In this document: positions 1-8,017 of the stretch, one piece after another
Layout: each line of letters begins with the position of its first letter
How positions within the stretch are numbered: the stretch's first letter is position 1
Notes under the pieces: generated by a model
The model's input: the letters and a program-made list of their open reading frames with translations, nothing else
The model's database searches: none
Told to the model about the DNA's origin: nothing
Source of the DNA: Candidatus Bathyarchaeia archaeon
GTDB taxonomy: Archaea > Thermoproteota > Bathyarchaeia > Bathyarchaeales > Bathycorpusculaceae
Assembly (NCBI GenBank): GCA_038883795.1
Contig: JAVZLK010000024.1
Span: 1-24,534, forward strand
Length of the DNA: 24,534 nucleotides
Direction of reading: 5' to 3'
Translations under genes and position numbers: made by a program

Positions 1-762
1 CTTATCAACCGAAACAGCTTCAGCTATCTCCTTATCAGACTCCAAGCCTAAAGCACGCATCACCACGACAACTGGAACCTCGGTGGGAACGCCCGGCATT
101 GAAACGTATATGGCGCCGTCTGACTTCATTTTCAACTCTATTCTGGCTCTGAAGCCCACTGTTGTGGAGAACATTTTCGCCATGTAAACGGGTGTTGCGC
201 CCTTCTCGTCTATGTCCACTATTATGCGGTTTGGAGCCAAATCCTCCATAGCCACTATTACACGTTCAGAACCGTTAACTATGAAATAGCCGCCTGGATC
301 GTCTGGGTCTTCTCCACATGCTATTAGCTCATCTCTTGAAAGCTGCGACAAGAAGCAAAGTTTTGATTTCAGCATGACCGGAATATTCCCAATATAGACA
401 AGTTCTGTGTCTTGCTCCCTGCCATCGATAACTGGAGTCATTTCAAGGGCAATTGGAGCCGCATAGGTCAGGTTTCGAAGTCTTGCTTCCATTGGGTATA
501 TTTCATGTTTTGTGCCGTCAACCTCAGTCGTATACGGACCCGTTATCCTGGTTTGAGGGTCTATTATCCAAACCTGTCCAAGCTTGACTTTGTAGGGGCT
601 TTCTGGAACCTCAATCGGAATTTCGCCAACCTCATCGATAACTTCTTGCAAGCCATGATCAATAAACTCGTTGTAGGAGTCTAAATGTTGGCGGACTAAG
701 CCCTTCTCTTTAAAAAACGCTTTTAACAAAAGGTTAGCGTCTTCTCTTGAAATTTCAGCCAA
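1..762 (-). CDS. rpoB: DNA-directed RNA polymerase subunit B (Rpo2), N-terminal part; runs off the window edge
   Basis: Absent from the ORF track because it has no stop in the window. Manual translation from TTG at 762 gives MAEISREDANLLLKAFFKEKGLVRQHLDSYNEFID...PMEARLRNLTYAAP...GNIPVMLKS...EDPDDPGGYFIVNGSERV, hallmark archaeal RpoB motifs. Confidence 0.97.
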   Translation of the reverse strand, partial: MAEISREDANLLLKAFFKEKGLVRQHLDSYNEFIDHGLQEVIDEVGEIPIEVPESPYKVKLGQVWIIDPQTRITGPYTTEVDGTKHEIYPMEARLRNLTYAAPIALEMTPVIDGREQDTELVYIGNIPVMLKSKLCFLSQLSRDELIACGEDPDDPGGYFIVNGSERVIVAMEDLAPNRIIVDIDEKGATPVYMAKMFSTTVGFRARIELKMKSDGAIYVSMPGVPTEVPVVVVMRALGLESDKEIAEAVSVDK

Positions 763-1050
763 TTTTAACAAACCCCCGCCGTTTTACCCTTAAACATGCG
801 TGAGTGGAATTATGTGGTGCGGGTTTTCTCAAACTTTCAATTTCCTCCAACAGTTGGTTCATCCAACCGAAAAATTGTCTCCAATTTATAAGAGCTAAAC
901 ACAGAAACCACACACCTCACTAATAAACTTTTTCATGCAATCCTCAACTTCTTTCTTGCATCACTCACGTTTTAGCCCCCAATTTTTAATCATTTATTGG
1001 ACTGTTTCCCTTCCAATACGACCCTACTCTCTAGGTTTTTCGGCGTCGGT

Positions 1051-1060
1051 AAGCTTAAAT
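1051..1060 (+). promoter_or_regulatory. TATA-box candidate for the tRNA-Leu gene
   Basis: AAGCTTAAAT lies about 25-30 nt upstream of the tRNA 5' end, typical archaeal spacing. Confidence 0.5.
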
Positions 1061-1085
1061 TTCAATTATCCAAATTGAAACATGG

Positions 1086-1205
1086 GCGGCGGTAGCCAAG
1101 CTAGGTCAAAGGCGGAGGACTCAAGATCAGGCGTTTAAAGGCTTAAAACTCCTATGAGCCATCCTCTCCCGTAGGGGTTCGCCGGTTCAAATCCGGCCCG
1201 CCGCA
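1086..1205 (+). tRNA. tRNA-Leu(CAA) with a 35-nt intron at the canonical 37/38 position (1126-1160); CCA not encoded
   Basis: Acceptor stem GCGGCGG/CCGCCGC plus discriminator A; anticodon stem GAGGA/TCCTC with loop CT-CAA-G|A; long variable arm; T loop GGTTCAAATCC. BHB central helix CTCA(1120-1123)/TGAG(1155-1158) with 3-nt bulges AGA and CCA. Confidence 0.96.
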
Positions 1206-1274
1206 CTTTAGTAGGAATAGGTTTATCGTAATCTTTAATATACGCCATAAGGACTTTATTCTACACGGTGTTTA

Positions 1275-1460
1275 GTGTTGGGTTTTATTGGGGATTTGGC
1301 TAAGGCCATACTTATTACATGGGTTGTTTGGTGGATTGCTGCATTGCTTTATTTCACTTTTAGTGGGCAGACTGGAATGGCATTGCTATTTCTTATTGGT
1401 TTGCTTATTCCCTTGTCAATGATAGCCTGCGAGTATAGGCAATATAAAAAGAAAGGCTAA
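1275..1460 (+). CDS. small two-TM membrane protein, homologous to the N-terminus of the convergent neighbour
   Basis: Two hydrophobic helices and a basic tail; TTTAATATA TATA-like element upstream; ungapped 17/50 identity to aa 8-57 of ORF 1471..2571. Confidence 0.75.
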   Translation: MLGFIGDLAKAILITWVVWWIAALLYFTFSGQTGMALLFLIGLLIPLSMIACEYRQYKKKG

Positions 1461-1470
1461 CACACTATTT

Positions 1471-2571
1471 TTAGGGATTAGGTAATACTTCGAAATGTTC
1501 CAAATAAAAGACTGTGTTAAGGTTTTCTGCTTGTTCACAATGGACAATCACTTTAGCGGAGTAGTCTGTGGCATTTATGTTTTGGTATGTTGATTCCAGA
1601 TGATAGCTTCCCACAGGAATACTCATGAATGCTGATTCACCTTTTCTTATTTCTTCTATAAATTCTGTTGTTGCCCACTCGAAAGGTCGATAGGTCGAAT
1701 TTGAGCTTGGCGGTCTAATGAAGTAAAAGGTTACAATAACGTTTCTCGCTGTTGCGGTTCCATTATTTCGAATTTCAATAAGCGTATAAGTGTAGGATAC
1801 GTAGAAGTTAGCCAACTCAAAAGAAGGTTTGCCCGTCTGCCGACCATTATTAATAAGTAGGCTGAACATGGGTTGTGTAAGACTGATGATAAGAGCGATT
1901 GTGCTCAAGATAACAGCAATCACAGATAGATTTGGTCTAGTTTTCATCCACATAGGCAGTGTCAGTTTCGCCAATTTCACAAAGACCAATACATAAATAA
2001 TATCGATGACAATTACGGTCAAGAATAGATAGCTATAAGCCTCAGAAACGGAAGGTACTGAATCGATAAAGAAACCGAAATTTTGACTGCCAGCAACAAA
2101 ATTTAAGAATCCAAGGTATAAGGCTAAAACAGTTATTATGGTAGCAACTAAGATTGCATATTTTTGTTTGACCTTGAATAAAAGTAAATGAGTGAAGACC
2201 ATTGCTGGAATATAAAATATTAAAGCGCCTAAAGCTCCAAAGGGCCAGCCTAAAGGATTCTGTTCAGCAGCAACTCCTAAAATGTCAATGGCATAGTAAG
2301 TGCTAATAACGTCGAATGTCCAACAAGCAAGTGAAACACCATACATGGAAATTAGAACTTGTTTCAGCCTATCCAAGCGATTTATGTTTTCTTTTCCCAT
2401 TTTCCACTTCCAACTTTCATAAGCTACGATTAAAACAGGAATTACTAAAATCAGAAGAAAAAGCGTAGCCGCCAAGGTCTTTCCCAACACAAAAAATGTG
2501 ACAATATTCAAAATCCAAATAATAATTGTCATCATGATAAAGCCCTTGGCAAAACCTCTTAATGAAACCAT
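1471..2571 (-). CDS. multi-TM membrane protein (2-TM module + DUF5658-like DxxSTYYA..ExNP module) with a C-terminal exported Ig-like domain
   Basis: About 7-8 TM helices; motif FDVISTYYAI...AEQNPLG; C-terminal IEIRNNGTATARNVIVTF beta-sandwich signature with N-glycosylation sequons; GGTGA Shine-Dalgarno upstream. Confidence 0.75.
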   Translation of the reverse strand: MVSLRGFAKGFIMMTIIIWILNIVTFFVLGKTLAATLFLLILVIPVLIVAYESWKWKMGKENINRLDRLKQVLISMYGVSLACWTFDVISTYYAIDILGVAAEQNPLGWPFGALGALIFYIPAMVFTHLLLFKVKQKYAILVATIITVLALYLGFLNFVAGSQNFGFFIDSVPSVSEAYSYLFLTVIVIDIIYVLVFVKLAKLTLPMWMKTRPNLSVIAVILSTIALIISLTQPMFSLLINNGRQTGKPSFELANFYVSYTYTLIEIRNNGTATARNVIVTFYFIRPPSSNSTYRPFEWATTEFIEEIRKGESAFMSIPVGSYHLESTYQNINATDYSAKVIVHCEQAENLNTVFYLEHFEVLPNP

Positions 2572-2782
2572 AGCGTCACCTAATTCAATTCGCCCTTACC
2601 TTAAGTGACTAATTAAAAACTGCGTGTCTCTACATTCTATGCATGGCAGTCTTCAGGCAAACAAAATTGACATTTAAAACGGTAACCTTGGGGGAATTTT
2701 AAGCGTATTTTTGTTGTGCGTTTAAACGGAAATGTTTATTAAGACTTGCGATATAATAGGCTGAAAAACTGGTGAATGAAAG

Positions 2783-2896
2783 ATGAGAGAAAATCTCGAC
2801 ACAAAAATGGAGAAAAACAAAAATAATTTTGAATTCGAATTAATCGTTGACGACCTCATAGTATACCATCTTCTTATTCAAAGAAGACCAACATAA
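2783..2896 (+). CDS. putative 37-aa small protein (MRENLDTKMEKNKNNFEFELIVDDLIVYHLLIQRRPT)
   Basis: Below the ORF-track cutoff. TTTATTAA TATA-like box at 2735-2742 and GGTGA SD at 2771-2775, 7 nt before the ATG. Confidence 0.4.
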   Translation: MRENLDTKMEKNKNNFEFELIVDDLIVYHLLIQRRPT

Positions 2897-3028
2897 CAAA
2901 ATTAGGCTAAACTTTTAAGATAGTTCTAAAGTCTCTTGAGGCATTCGCAAAAAGGAAATTTAAGCAAAGGATATATCCATCGACACTGTTAGAAAATCCT
3001 TACAACAACTGTTTAAAAGGCGAAAGGC

Positions 3029-3940
3029 GTGGAATTAGCTGACAAAATACTCAAGTTGAAAAAGGAAAAGAAAGCTGTAATCTTAGCCCACAATTACCAA
3101 AGACCAGAAATCCAAGACATAGCAGACTACGTTGGCGACAGTATAGAGTTGAGCAGAAAAGCCATGGAGGAAAAGGAAGCAGAAATCATACTTTTCTCAG
3201 CCGTTGATTTTATGGCGGAGTCCGCTGCTATTTTGAATCCTGAAAAGAAGGTTTTGTTGCCTTCTTTGGGAGCCCGCTGTCCCATGGCGCAGATGCTCAC
3301 GGTGGAGGAGATTAAAAGGTGGAAGGCGCTTTATCCCCTTGTCCCTGTTGTTCTTTACGTGAATACTTTGGCTTCAGCAAAAGCCTACTGCGATGTTTGT
3401 TGCACTTCTGCAAACGCCGTTAAGGTTATAGAGGCTGTTAATGCTGAAACTGTGCTTTTTGGACCTGACCGCAATTTGGCAGATTATGTTCAAAGGAAGA
3501 CTGGGAAGACTATAATTCCAATTCCAGAGTGGGGGTTCTGCCCAACCCATCTCCTCTTCCAACCGGAGGATGTGCAGTTGCTTAAGATGAAGTATCCAGA
3601 GGCTGTGGTTATGGTGCATCCAGAATGCACCCCTGAAATGCGAAACATAGCCGACTACATTGGAAGCACATCGCAAATGTGCCGCTACGCAAAAGAAAAC
3701 AACTCAAAAACTTTTATTGTAGCCACCGAAGAGGGCCTCCTACACCGTTTAAGGAAGGACAACCCAGAGAAACAGTTTATTTTGGCTTATGAAGAGGCGG
3801 TTTGTCCAAACATGAAGTTAAACACTTTGGAAAGGCTTTACATAGCCCTAAAAGAAGAGAAAAACGTGGTCACGGTTCCAGAAGCCATAGCAAAAAAGGC
3901 TAGAAAGGCTTTGGAGAAAATGTTCGAGTTAACGAATTGA
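3029..3940 (+). CDS. nadA: quinolinate synthase NadA
   Basis: ILAHNYQRPEIQDIAD, GDS, FMAESA, CPMA, YVNT, CTSANA, CPTH, HPEC, GSTS and CPNMK motifs with three Fe-S cysteines. Confidence 0.98.
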   Translation: MELADKILKLKKEKKAVILAHNYQRPEIQDIADYVGDSIELSRKAMEEKEAEIILFSAVDFMAESAAILNPEKKVLLPSLGARCPMAQMLTVEEIKRWKALYPLVPVVLYVNTLASAKAYCDVCCTSANAVKVIEAVNAETVLFGPDRNLADYVQRKTGKTIIPIPEWGFCPTHLLFQPEDVQLLKMKYPEAVVMVHPECTPEMRNIADYIGSTSQMCRYAKENNSKTFIVATEEGLLHRLRKDNPEKQFILAYEEAVCPNMKLNTLERLYIALKEEKNVVTVPEAIAKKARKALEKMFELTN

Positions 3941-3948
3941 GATAAGCC

Positions 3949-4356
3949 TTAGAGAGAAACAAGCATTGTTTTGAGGATTTTCACGCCTTTTCTTGCTGCC
4001 AACTCATCGCTTAACTTTCTAATTTCTGCGGCATCGCCTTTCACGGCTATAGCTTCTAAACAGTCACGCTCACTAAGGTGAATGTGCATTGTTGAAGAAA
4101 TTATGCGCGCATAGTCATGTTGAATGTCTGTTAGGGTGCTTTCTAAACCCTTAACTTCGTGGTCATAAATCATCATGAGCACTCCAGCTTGCACTCCTCG
4201 CTCTTCTTGAAGCCATTTTCTTTCAGAAACAAAAAGTCTGACGGCATCTTGAACAGCTTTTGAACGGTTCTCATAACCCATTTTGTGTATTATTTCGTCA
4301 AAATCCTTAAGCAAGTCTGGCGGAAATGTGACTCCTACACGGATTATTTTTGTCAT
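3949..4356 (-). CDS. nikR: nickel-responsive transcriptional regulator NikR
   Basis: N-terminal ribbon-helix-helix (RVGVTF..LL..FD....GY.NRSKAVQDAVR) and ACT-like domain with YDHE, QHD, HIHL and CLE nickel ligands. Confidence 0.96.
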   Translation of the reverse strand: MTKIIRVGVTFPPDLLKDFDEIIHKMGYENRSKAVQDAVRLFVSERKWLQEERGVQAGVLMMIYDHEVKGLESTLTDIQHDYARIISSTMHIHLSERDCLEAIAVKGDAAEIRKLSDELAARKGVKILKTMLVSL

Positions 4357-4409
4357 AAACTTCCCATTTTAAGGTTGATGAGTTTACCATAAAGCTTTTA
4401 TGCGACTAT

Positions 4410-4439
4410 GGTAACACTAAAATATTAAAAAGTGTTACC
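4410..4439. promoter_or_regulatory. NikR-type operator GTAACA-N16-TGTTAC straddling the TATA box of nikM
   Basis: Perfect 9-bp inverted repeat GGTAACACT-N12-AGTGTTACC between divergent nikR and nikM; the 6-16-6 geometry equals the E. coli NikR operator GTATGA-N16-TCATAC; TATTAAAA (4423-4430) lies in the spacer. Confidence 0.8.
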
Positions 4440-4450
4440 GAGGTTTACGT

Positions 4451-5125
4451 TTGCACATTCCAGATGGATTTCTAAGCCCAACCATATGCGCTTTAATGTA
4501 CGCCATATCCATAGGCTTTTTAGTTTGGTCTTGGCGAAAAGCAAGAGCCACCTACTCGAGTGCTCTTACTCCTTTGTTGGCAGTTTCAAGCGCCTTCGTC
4601 TTCGCAGCTCAAATGATAAACTTTCCAATAGCCTACGGAACAAGCGGTCATTTAGTGGGCGGCACATTCCTCTCAATATTGTTAGGGCCTTACGCTGCAA
4701 TCTTAAGCATGACCATTGTCTTGTTAATGCAAGCCATATTTTTTGCGGATGGTGGCTTATTCACTTTCGGCGCCAATGTTTTTAATATGGCGGTTATAGG
4801 CGGATTAAGCTTCTTTCTCATAAAATTCTTCACAAAAGACTTTAAAAGGAAAAGGTGGCTTTTCCCAAGCGTTTTTATAGTTTCTTGGCTTTCTGTGGTT
4901 TTGGGCGCTTTGGCTTGCGGTTTACAGATAGGTTTGTCCCCAGTTTTTTCTGAGGTTGGAGGAATAGTAGTAACTGTTCCCGCCATGCTTTTTTGGCATG
5001 TGCTAATTGGTTTAGGCGAAGCAGCAATAACTACCACGCTTATATCTCAACTTCAAAGGCTGCAGCCTCATGTGCTTAGTGGTTTAACAATTCTTGGGGG
5101 AAGACAAGGTGAAGGGATACTTTAA
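4451..5125 (+). CDS. cbiM: ECF Ni/Co transporter substrate component NikM/CbiM
   Basis: N-terminal MHIPDG metal-binding motif, AFVFAAQMINFP, GTSGHLVGG, QAIFFADGG...GAN..NM; TTG start. Proximity to nikR favours nickel. Confidence 0.95.
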   Translation: MHIPDGFLSPTICALMYAISIGFLVWSWRKARATYSSALTPLLAVSSAFVFAAQMINFPIAYGTSGHLVGGTFLSILLGPYAAILSMTIVLLMQAIFFADGGLFTFGANVFNMAVIGGLSFFLIKFFTKDFKRKRWLFPSVFIVSWLSVVLGALACGLQIGLSPVFSEVGGIVVTVPAMLFWHVLIGLGEAAITTTLISQLQRLQPHVLSGLTILGGRQGEGIL

Positions 5126-5390
5126 AGCATTAATTATCGTATTGATTTGTCTTGCCATTCTAATTCCTTTTGCTTCGGAATTTCCAGACGGGTTAGAAAA
5201 AGTGGCTGAAACCCTTGGAATAGAGGAAAACGAGCCTTTATGGAATGGTTTAATGCCCGACTACCAATTGCCAATAATTGAAACGTCTTATATTTCAACT
5301 CTTGCCGCTGGCATTCTAGGAGTCTTCCTAGTCTTCTGCACCACATTTTTCCTTGGAATAGCACTAAGCAAATCAAAAAGGGAGAAATAA
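5109..5390 (+). CDS. nikN: PDGLE-domain protein NikN
   Basis: FASEFPDGLEKVAE and LMPDY motifs between two TM helices; GTG at 5109 is the likely start (track gives TTG 5094). Confidence 0.9.
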   Translation: MKGYFKALIIVLICLAILIPFASEFPDGLEKVAETLGIEENEPLWNGLMPDYQLPIIETSYISTLAAGILGVFLVFCTTFFLGIALSKSKREK

Positions 5391-5929
5391 TGAAAAGCAA
5401 AAACTATCTTACAGCAGTTGACATCGCTTTAGTAGCCGTTTTCAGCGCCTTATGGGTTATCCTCAACCTAACATTGGGACGTCTAGGTTTCACATGGTTT
5501 GGGCTTCCAATATTTTGCGACGTTTCAGTCTTCTTAACGCTTCTACTTGTCACATGGGCTACAGGCAAGTTTGGAACTGCATCTATAGTTGGCGTCATAG
5601 GCGCCACAGTAGCTTTGCTAATAACGGCTTCATGGCATAACGTAGGTTTTGCTTTATCCGCCATACTCTTTGACATATTAATGTCCGTGAATAAACACAA
5701 AATCCGATTAAAAGCCTACAATCTAATTACAGCAGCTCTAGTAACTATTGTTTCTGCATATTTTGCTGGAGCAATCATTGGAACAGTCTTTATGAGTAGA
5801 TCGGTAGAGTGGGCTTTAACTTTTTGGGGCGGGTGGCACTTAGTAGGCGGAATAATCGGCGTAATAGCTACGTTTCCAATTATTGGTGTTTTGGAGAAGG
5901 CAAATGTGAGGGGGATTAAGGGTGCTTGA
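5390..5929 (+). CDS. ECF transporter S-component-like membrane protein, substrate unknown
   Basis: About 6 TM helices; N-terminal DIALVAVFSAL (AxxxA-type) and C-terminal LEKA typical of S components; translationally coupled to nikN (TAATG). Confidence 0.7.
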   Translation: MKSKNYLTAVDIALVAVFSALWVILNLTLGRLGFTWFGLPIFCDVSVFLTLLLVTWATGKFGTASIVGVIGATVALLITASWHNVGFALSAILFDILMSVNKHKIRLKAYNLITAALVTIVSAYFAGAIIGTVFMSRSVEWALTFWGGWHLVGGIIGVIATFPIIGVLEKANVRGIKGA

Positions 5930-6344
5930 GGAAAAGCTTAAACTAGCAGTGAAAGAAGCTGAAAAATTTCATGGACATTTGGGTCCATTTCTTGTTTTAG
6001 GCGTTAGAATGGGAGAAGCTGCCAAAAAGATTTTGAAAACAGCAAATTTACAAGTAACAGCCAAACTTCCCCTCTTAGCACCCTTTTCATGCGTGCTGGA
6101 CGGAATCCAAGTGGCAACCCAATGCACAATTGGAAATCAAAAGTTAAAAATTGAAAACTCATCAAAAGAAATCTCCGCAGATTTCCAATGCGTAAAAACT
6201 GGAAAAATATTAACGATAGCCATTAACCCGAAAATAACAGAAACCTTAACGAAAAAATTTTCAGAAGGCGCATCAAATGAAGAGCTTGCATGGGAAATTG
6301 CCCGAGCACCTGAAAACCAACTTTTAATTATAAAAAAGCAATAA
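5922..6344 (+). CDS. FmdE-family (formylmethanofuran dehydrogenase subunit E-like) protein
   Basis: FHGHLGPFLVLGVRMG and SCVLDGIQVATQCTIGN signature motifs. Confidence 0.9.
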   Translation: MLEEKLKLAVKEAEKFHGHLGPFLVLGVRMGEAAKKILKTANLQVTAKLPLLAPFSCVLDGIQVATQCTIGNQKLKIENSSKEISADFQCVKTGKILTIAINPKITETLTKKFSEGASNEELAWEIARAPENQLLIIKKQ

Positions 6345-6374
6345 TAGTTTAATGACATATAATTGCCGATTATC

Positions 6375-6815
6375 ATGGAAAAACAGGATTTAACCTTAGC
6401 AAAAAAGCGCTTATCAGAGGAAAAAGGTTTAACGCTTACTATAGCGAAAAATGGAAAAATAATTTTTGAAACTTCATCTCACGGAATTTCAGGCTTTTTA
6501 GAGGCTGTGGAAAAGCTTGGAGACAAACTTAACCGGGCTTCTGTAGCTGATAAAGTTGTTGGGAAAGCCATAGCATTGTTATGCGTTTACAAAAGAGTCA
6601 AAATGGTTTATGCCGCAACCATAAGCAGAGAGGCAAAAGCCTTTTTTGAAAAATATAGGGTTTACCATGAATGGGATGATCTTGTTGAAAACATCCTGGA
6701 TTTTAAAAAGAGGGGAATATGCCCCTTTGAAAAATTGGCAATGGACATTTCAAACCCAAACAAGGCTTATGTAAGGCTTAAGGCTTTACATGATTCCTTG
6801 AAACGCAAAGGATGA
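6375..6815 (+). CDS. DUF1893 (TM1506-like) protein
   Basis: VADKVVGKAIALL, VYAATIS and GICPFEK motifs; ATG at 6375 preferred over TTG 6363. Confidence 0.85.
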   Translation: MEKQDLTLAKKRLSEEKGLTLTIAKNGKIIFETSSHGISGFLEAVEKLGDKLNRASVADKVVGKAIALLCVYKRVKMVYAATISREAKAFFEKYRVYHEWDDLVENILDFKKRGICPFEKLAMDISNPNKAYVRLKALHDSLKRKG

Positions 6816-6821
6816 AAGGAC

Positions 6822-7247
6822 ATGGGCGAAGAACACGAACAGTTTATATCTGGGGAAGATGAAGAACTGAAGCGTATCAGAGAAAAGAAAGTAAAAGAAT
6901 TAAAGGAGAAAAGACAGGAGATGTCAGCGGAACCAGCCCACGTAACAGATTCAAATTTTAACAAAATAGTAAATCAGCACCATTTGGCTTTGATTGATTT
7001 TTGGGCGCCGTGGTGTGGTCCATGCTTGGCTTTAGCTCCGACAATTGATGAGTTGGCTAAGGAATATTTTGGGAAAATTTTTGTTGGAAAAATTAATGTT
7101 GACGAAAACCCGATAACTGCGGAGAAATTTCAAATTTTCAGTATACCAACTCTCATAATAATGAAGGATGGAAAAGAAGCGGACAGAATAGTTGGGCTTG
7201 TTCCCAAAAAACATATTGAAGCTGTTTTAAGAAAACATTTAGGATAG
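6822..7247 (+). CDS. trxA: thioredoxin with N-terminal charged helical extension
   Basis: DFWAPWCGPC active site, SIPTL cis-Pro motif, DEELKRIREKK extension. Confidence 0.95.
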   Translation: MGEEHEQFISGEDEELKRIREKKVKELKEKRQEMSAEPAHVTDSNFNKIVNQHHLALIDFWAPWCGPCLALAPTIDELAKEYFGKIFVGKINVDENPITAEKFQIFSIPTLIIMKDGKEADRIVGLVPKKHIEAVLRKHLG

Positions 7248-7254
7248 GATTTTT

Positions 7255-7389
7255 ATGGAAATTCCAGAACGAAGGGTGATAGGAGCGCTCCTACTTCTTT
7301 TAGGAGTTTCCTTTTTGGCTGTTGGCATATACACTGGACAATTAAACACAATATTAGAAATGTTGAAAAAAGCAGTTGTTACGCCGTGA
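7255..7389 (+). CDS. 44-aa single-TM small protein (MEIPERRVIGALLLLLGVSFLAVGIYTGQLNTILEMLKKAVVTP)
   Basis: Missed by the ORF track. ATG 7 nt after the trxA stop with AGGA upstream; clear TM helix followed by an amphipathic helix. Confidence 0.65.
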   Translation: MEIPERRVIGALLLLLGVSFLAVGIYTGQLNTILEMLKKAVVTP

Positions 7390-7449
7390 CAACTATAAAA
7401 CTCTTAAACCAATACTGCATAAACTCATTAACAATTTAGAGGAATAAAA

Positions 7450-8010
7450 ATGAGCCCAAAAATCGAAAGCAAAAATGCAGAAAGAGATGCACTTTTGGAA
7501 GCGGCCAAACTCATGCTTGTAGCCGCAAGAACAGCCCCAAAAACAGGGGGAATAGACGACACTTTAACATCAATCGTTTATGGCGAAGAAAAAGATGCCA
7601 TCGCCGAAAAAATGGAACAAATAGGTGAAGAAAGAAAGATTGAAGGCTTCAAACGCGATGCGAAAAACGTTAGAGATTCAGAAGCCGTAATCCTAATAGG
7701 TGTTAGGGGAAACAAAAATTTTGGATTAAACTGTGGCGCATGCGGCTATAAAAGTTGTAAAGAGTTTGAAGAGGCGGAGAAGAGGCTTGGAATAGATTTC
7801 ACTGGTCCAACATGCATTTTCAAAGCCTTAGACCTTGGAATAGCTTTAGGCTCAGCCGTTAAAATTGCAAGCATATTGAACGTTGATAACCGCATAATGT
7901 ATCGTGTTGGCACGGCTGCCATGAAGCTTGGGCTTCTGCCAGAAGCAACAATTATAATGGGGATTCCCATATCGGCTAAAGGAAAAAGCATATACTTCGA
8001 CCGCAAATAA
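7450..8010 (+). CDS. DUF2148 ferredoxin-like Fe-S protein (nitroreductase-like fold)
   Basis: AARTAPKTGG.D, FKRDA.NV, NCGACGYKSC, GPTC...DLGIALGSA, VDNRIMY and KSIYFDR motifs. Confidence 0.9.
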   Translation: MSPKIESKNAERDALLEAAKLMLVAARTAPKTGGIDDTLTSIVYGEEKDAIAEKMEQIGEERKIEGFKRDAKNVRDSEAVILIGVRGNKNFGLNCGACGYKSCKEFEEAEKRLGIDFTGPTCIFKALDLGIALGSAVKIASILNVDNRIMYRVGTAAMKLGLLPEATIIMGIPISAKGKSIYFDRK

Positions 8011-8017
8011 TTTTGTC

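Noticed and set aside
412-684. 90-aa plus-strand ORF from the track
   Set aside because: Antisense shadow of rpoB, which occupies the minus strand here.
755-862. 35-codon minus-strand uORF overlapping the rpoB start
   Set aside because: No convincing SD or recognisable motif; an ORF this short is expected by chance.
1161-1205. tRNA 3' end as the attachment site of an integrated element
   Set aside because: No second copy of the tRNA 3' end and no integrase seen in the window.
5094-5125. nikM/nikN overlap at a G5 run as a frameshifted NikMN fusion
   Set aside because: Both ORFs are complete, nikN has a plausible GTG start after a purine-rich tract, and split nikM/nikN genes are common. It cannot be fully excluded without reads.
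3029-5390. Functional link between nadA and nickel uptake (nickel-pincer nucleotide cofactor)
   Set aside because: No larB/larC/larE or larA genes in the window; nadA is merely convergent with nikR.
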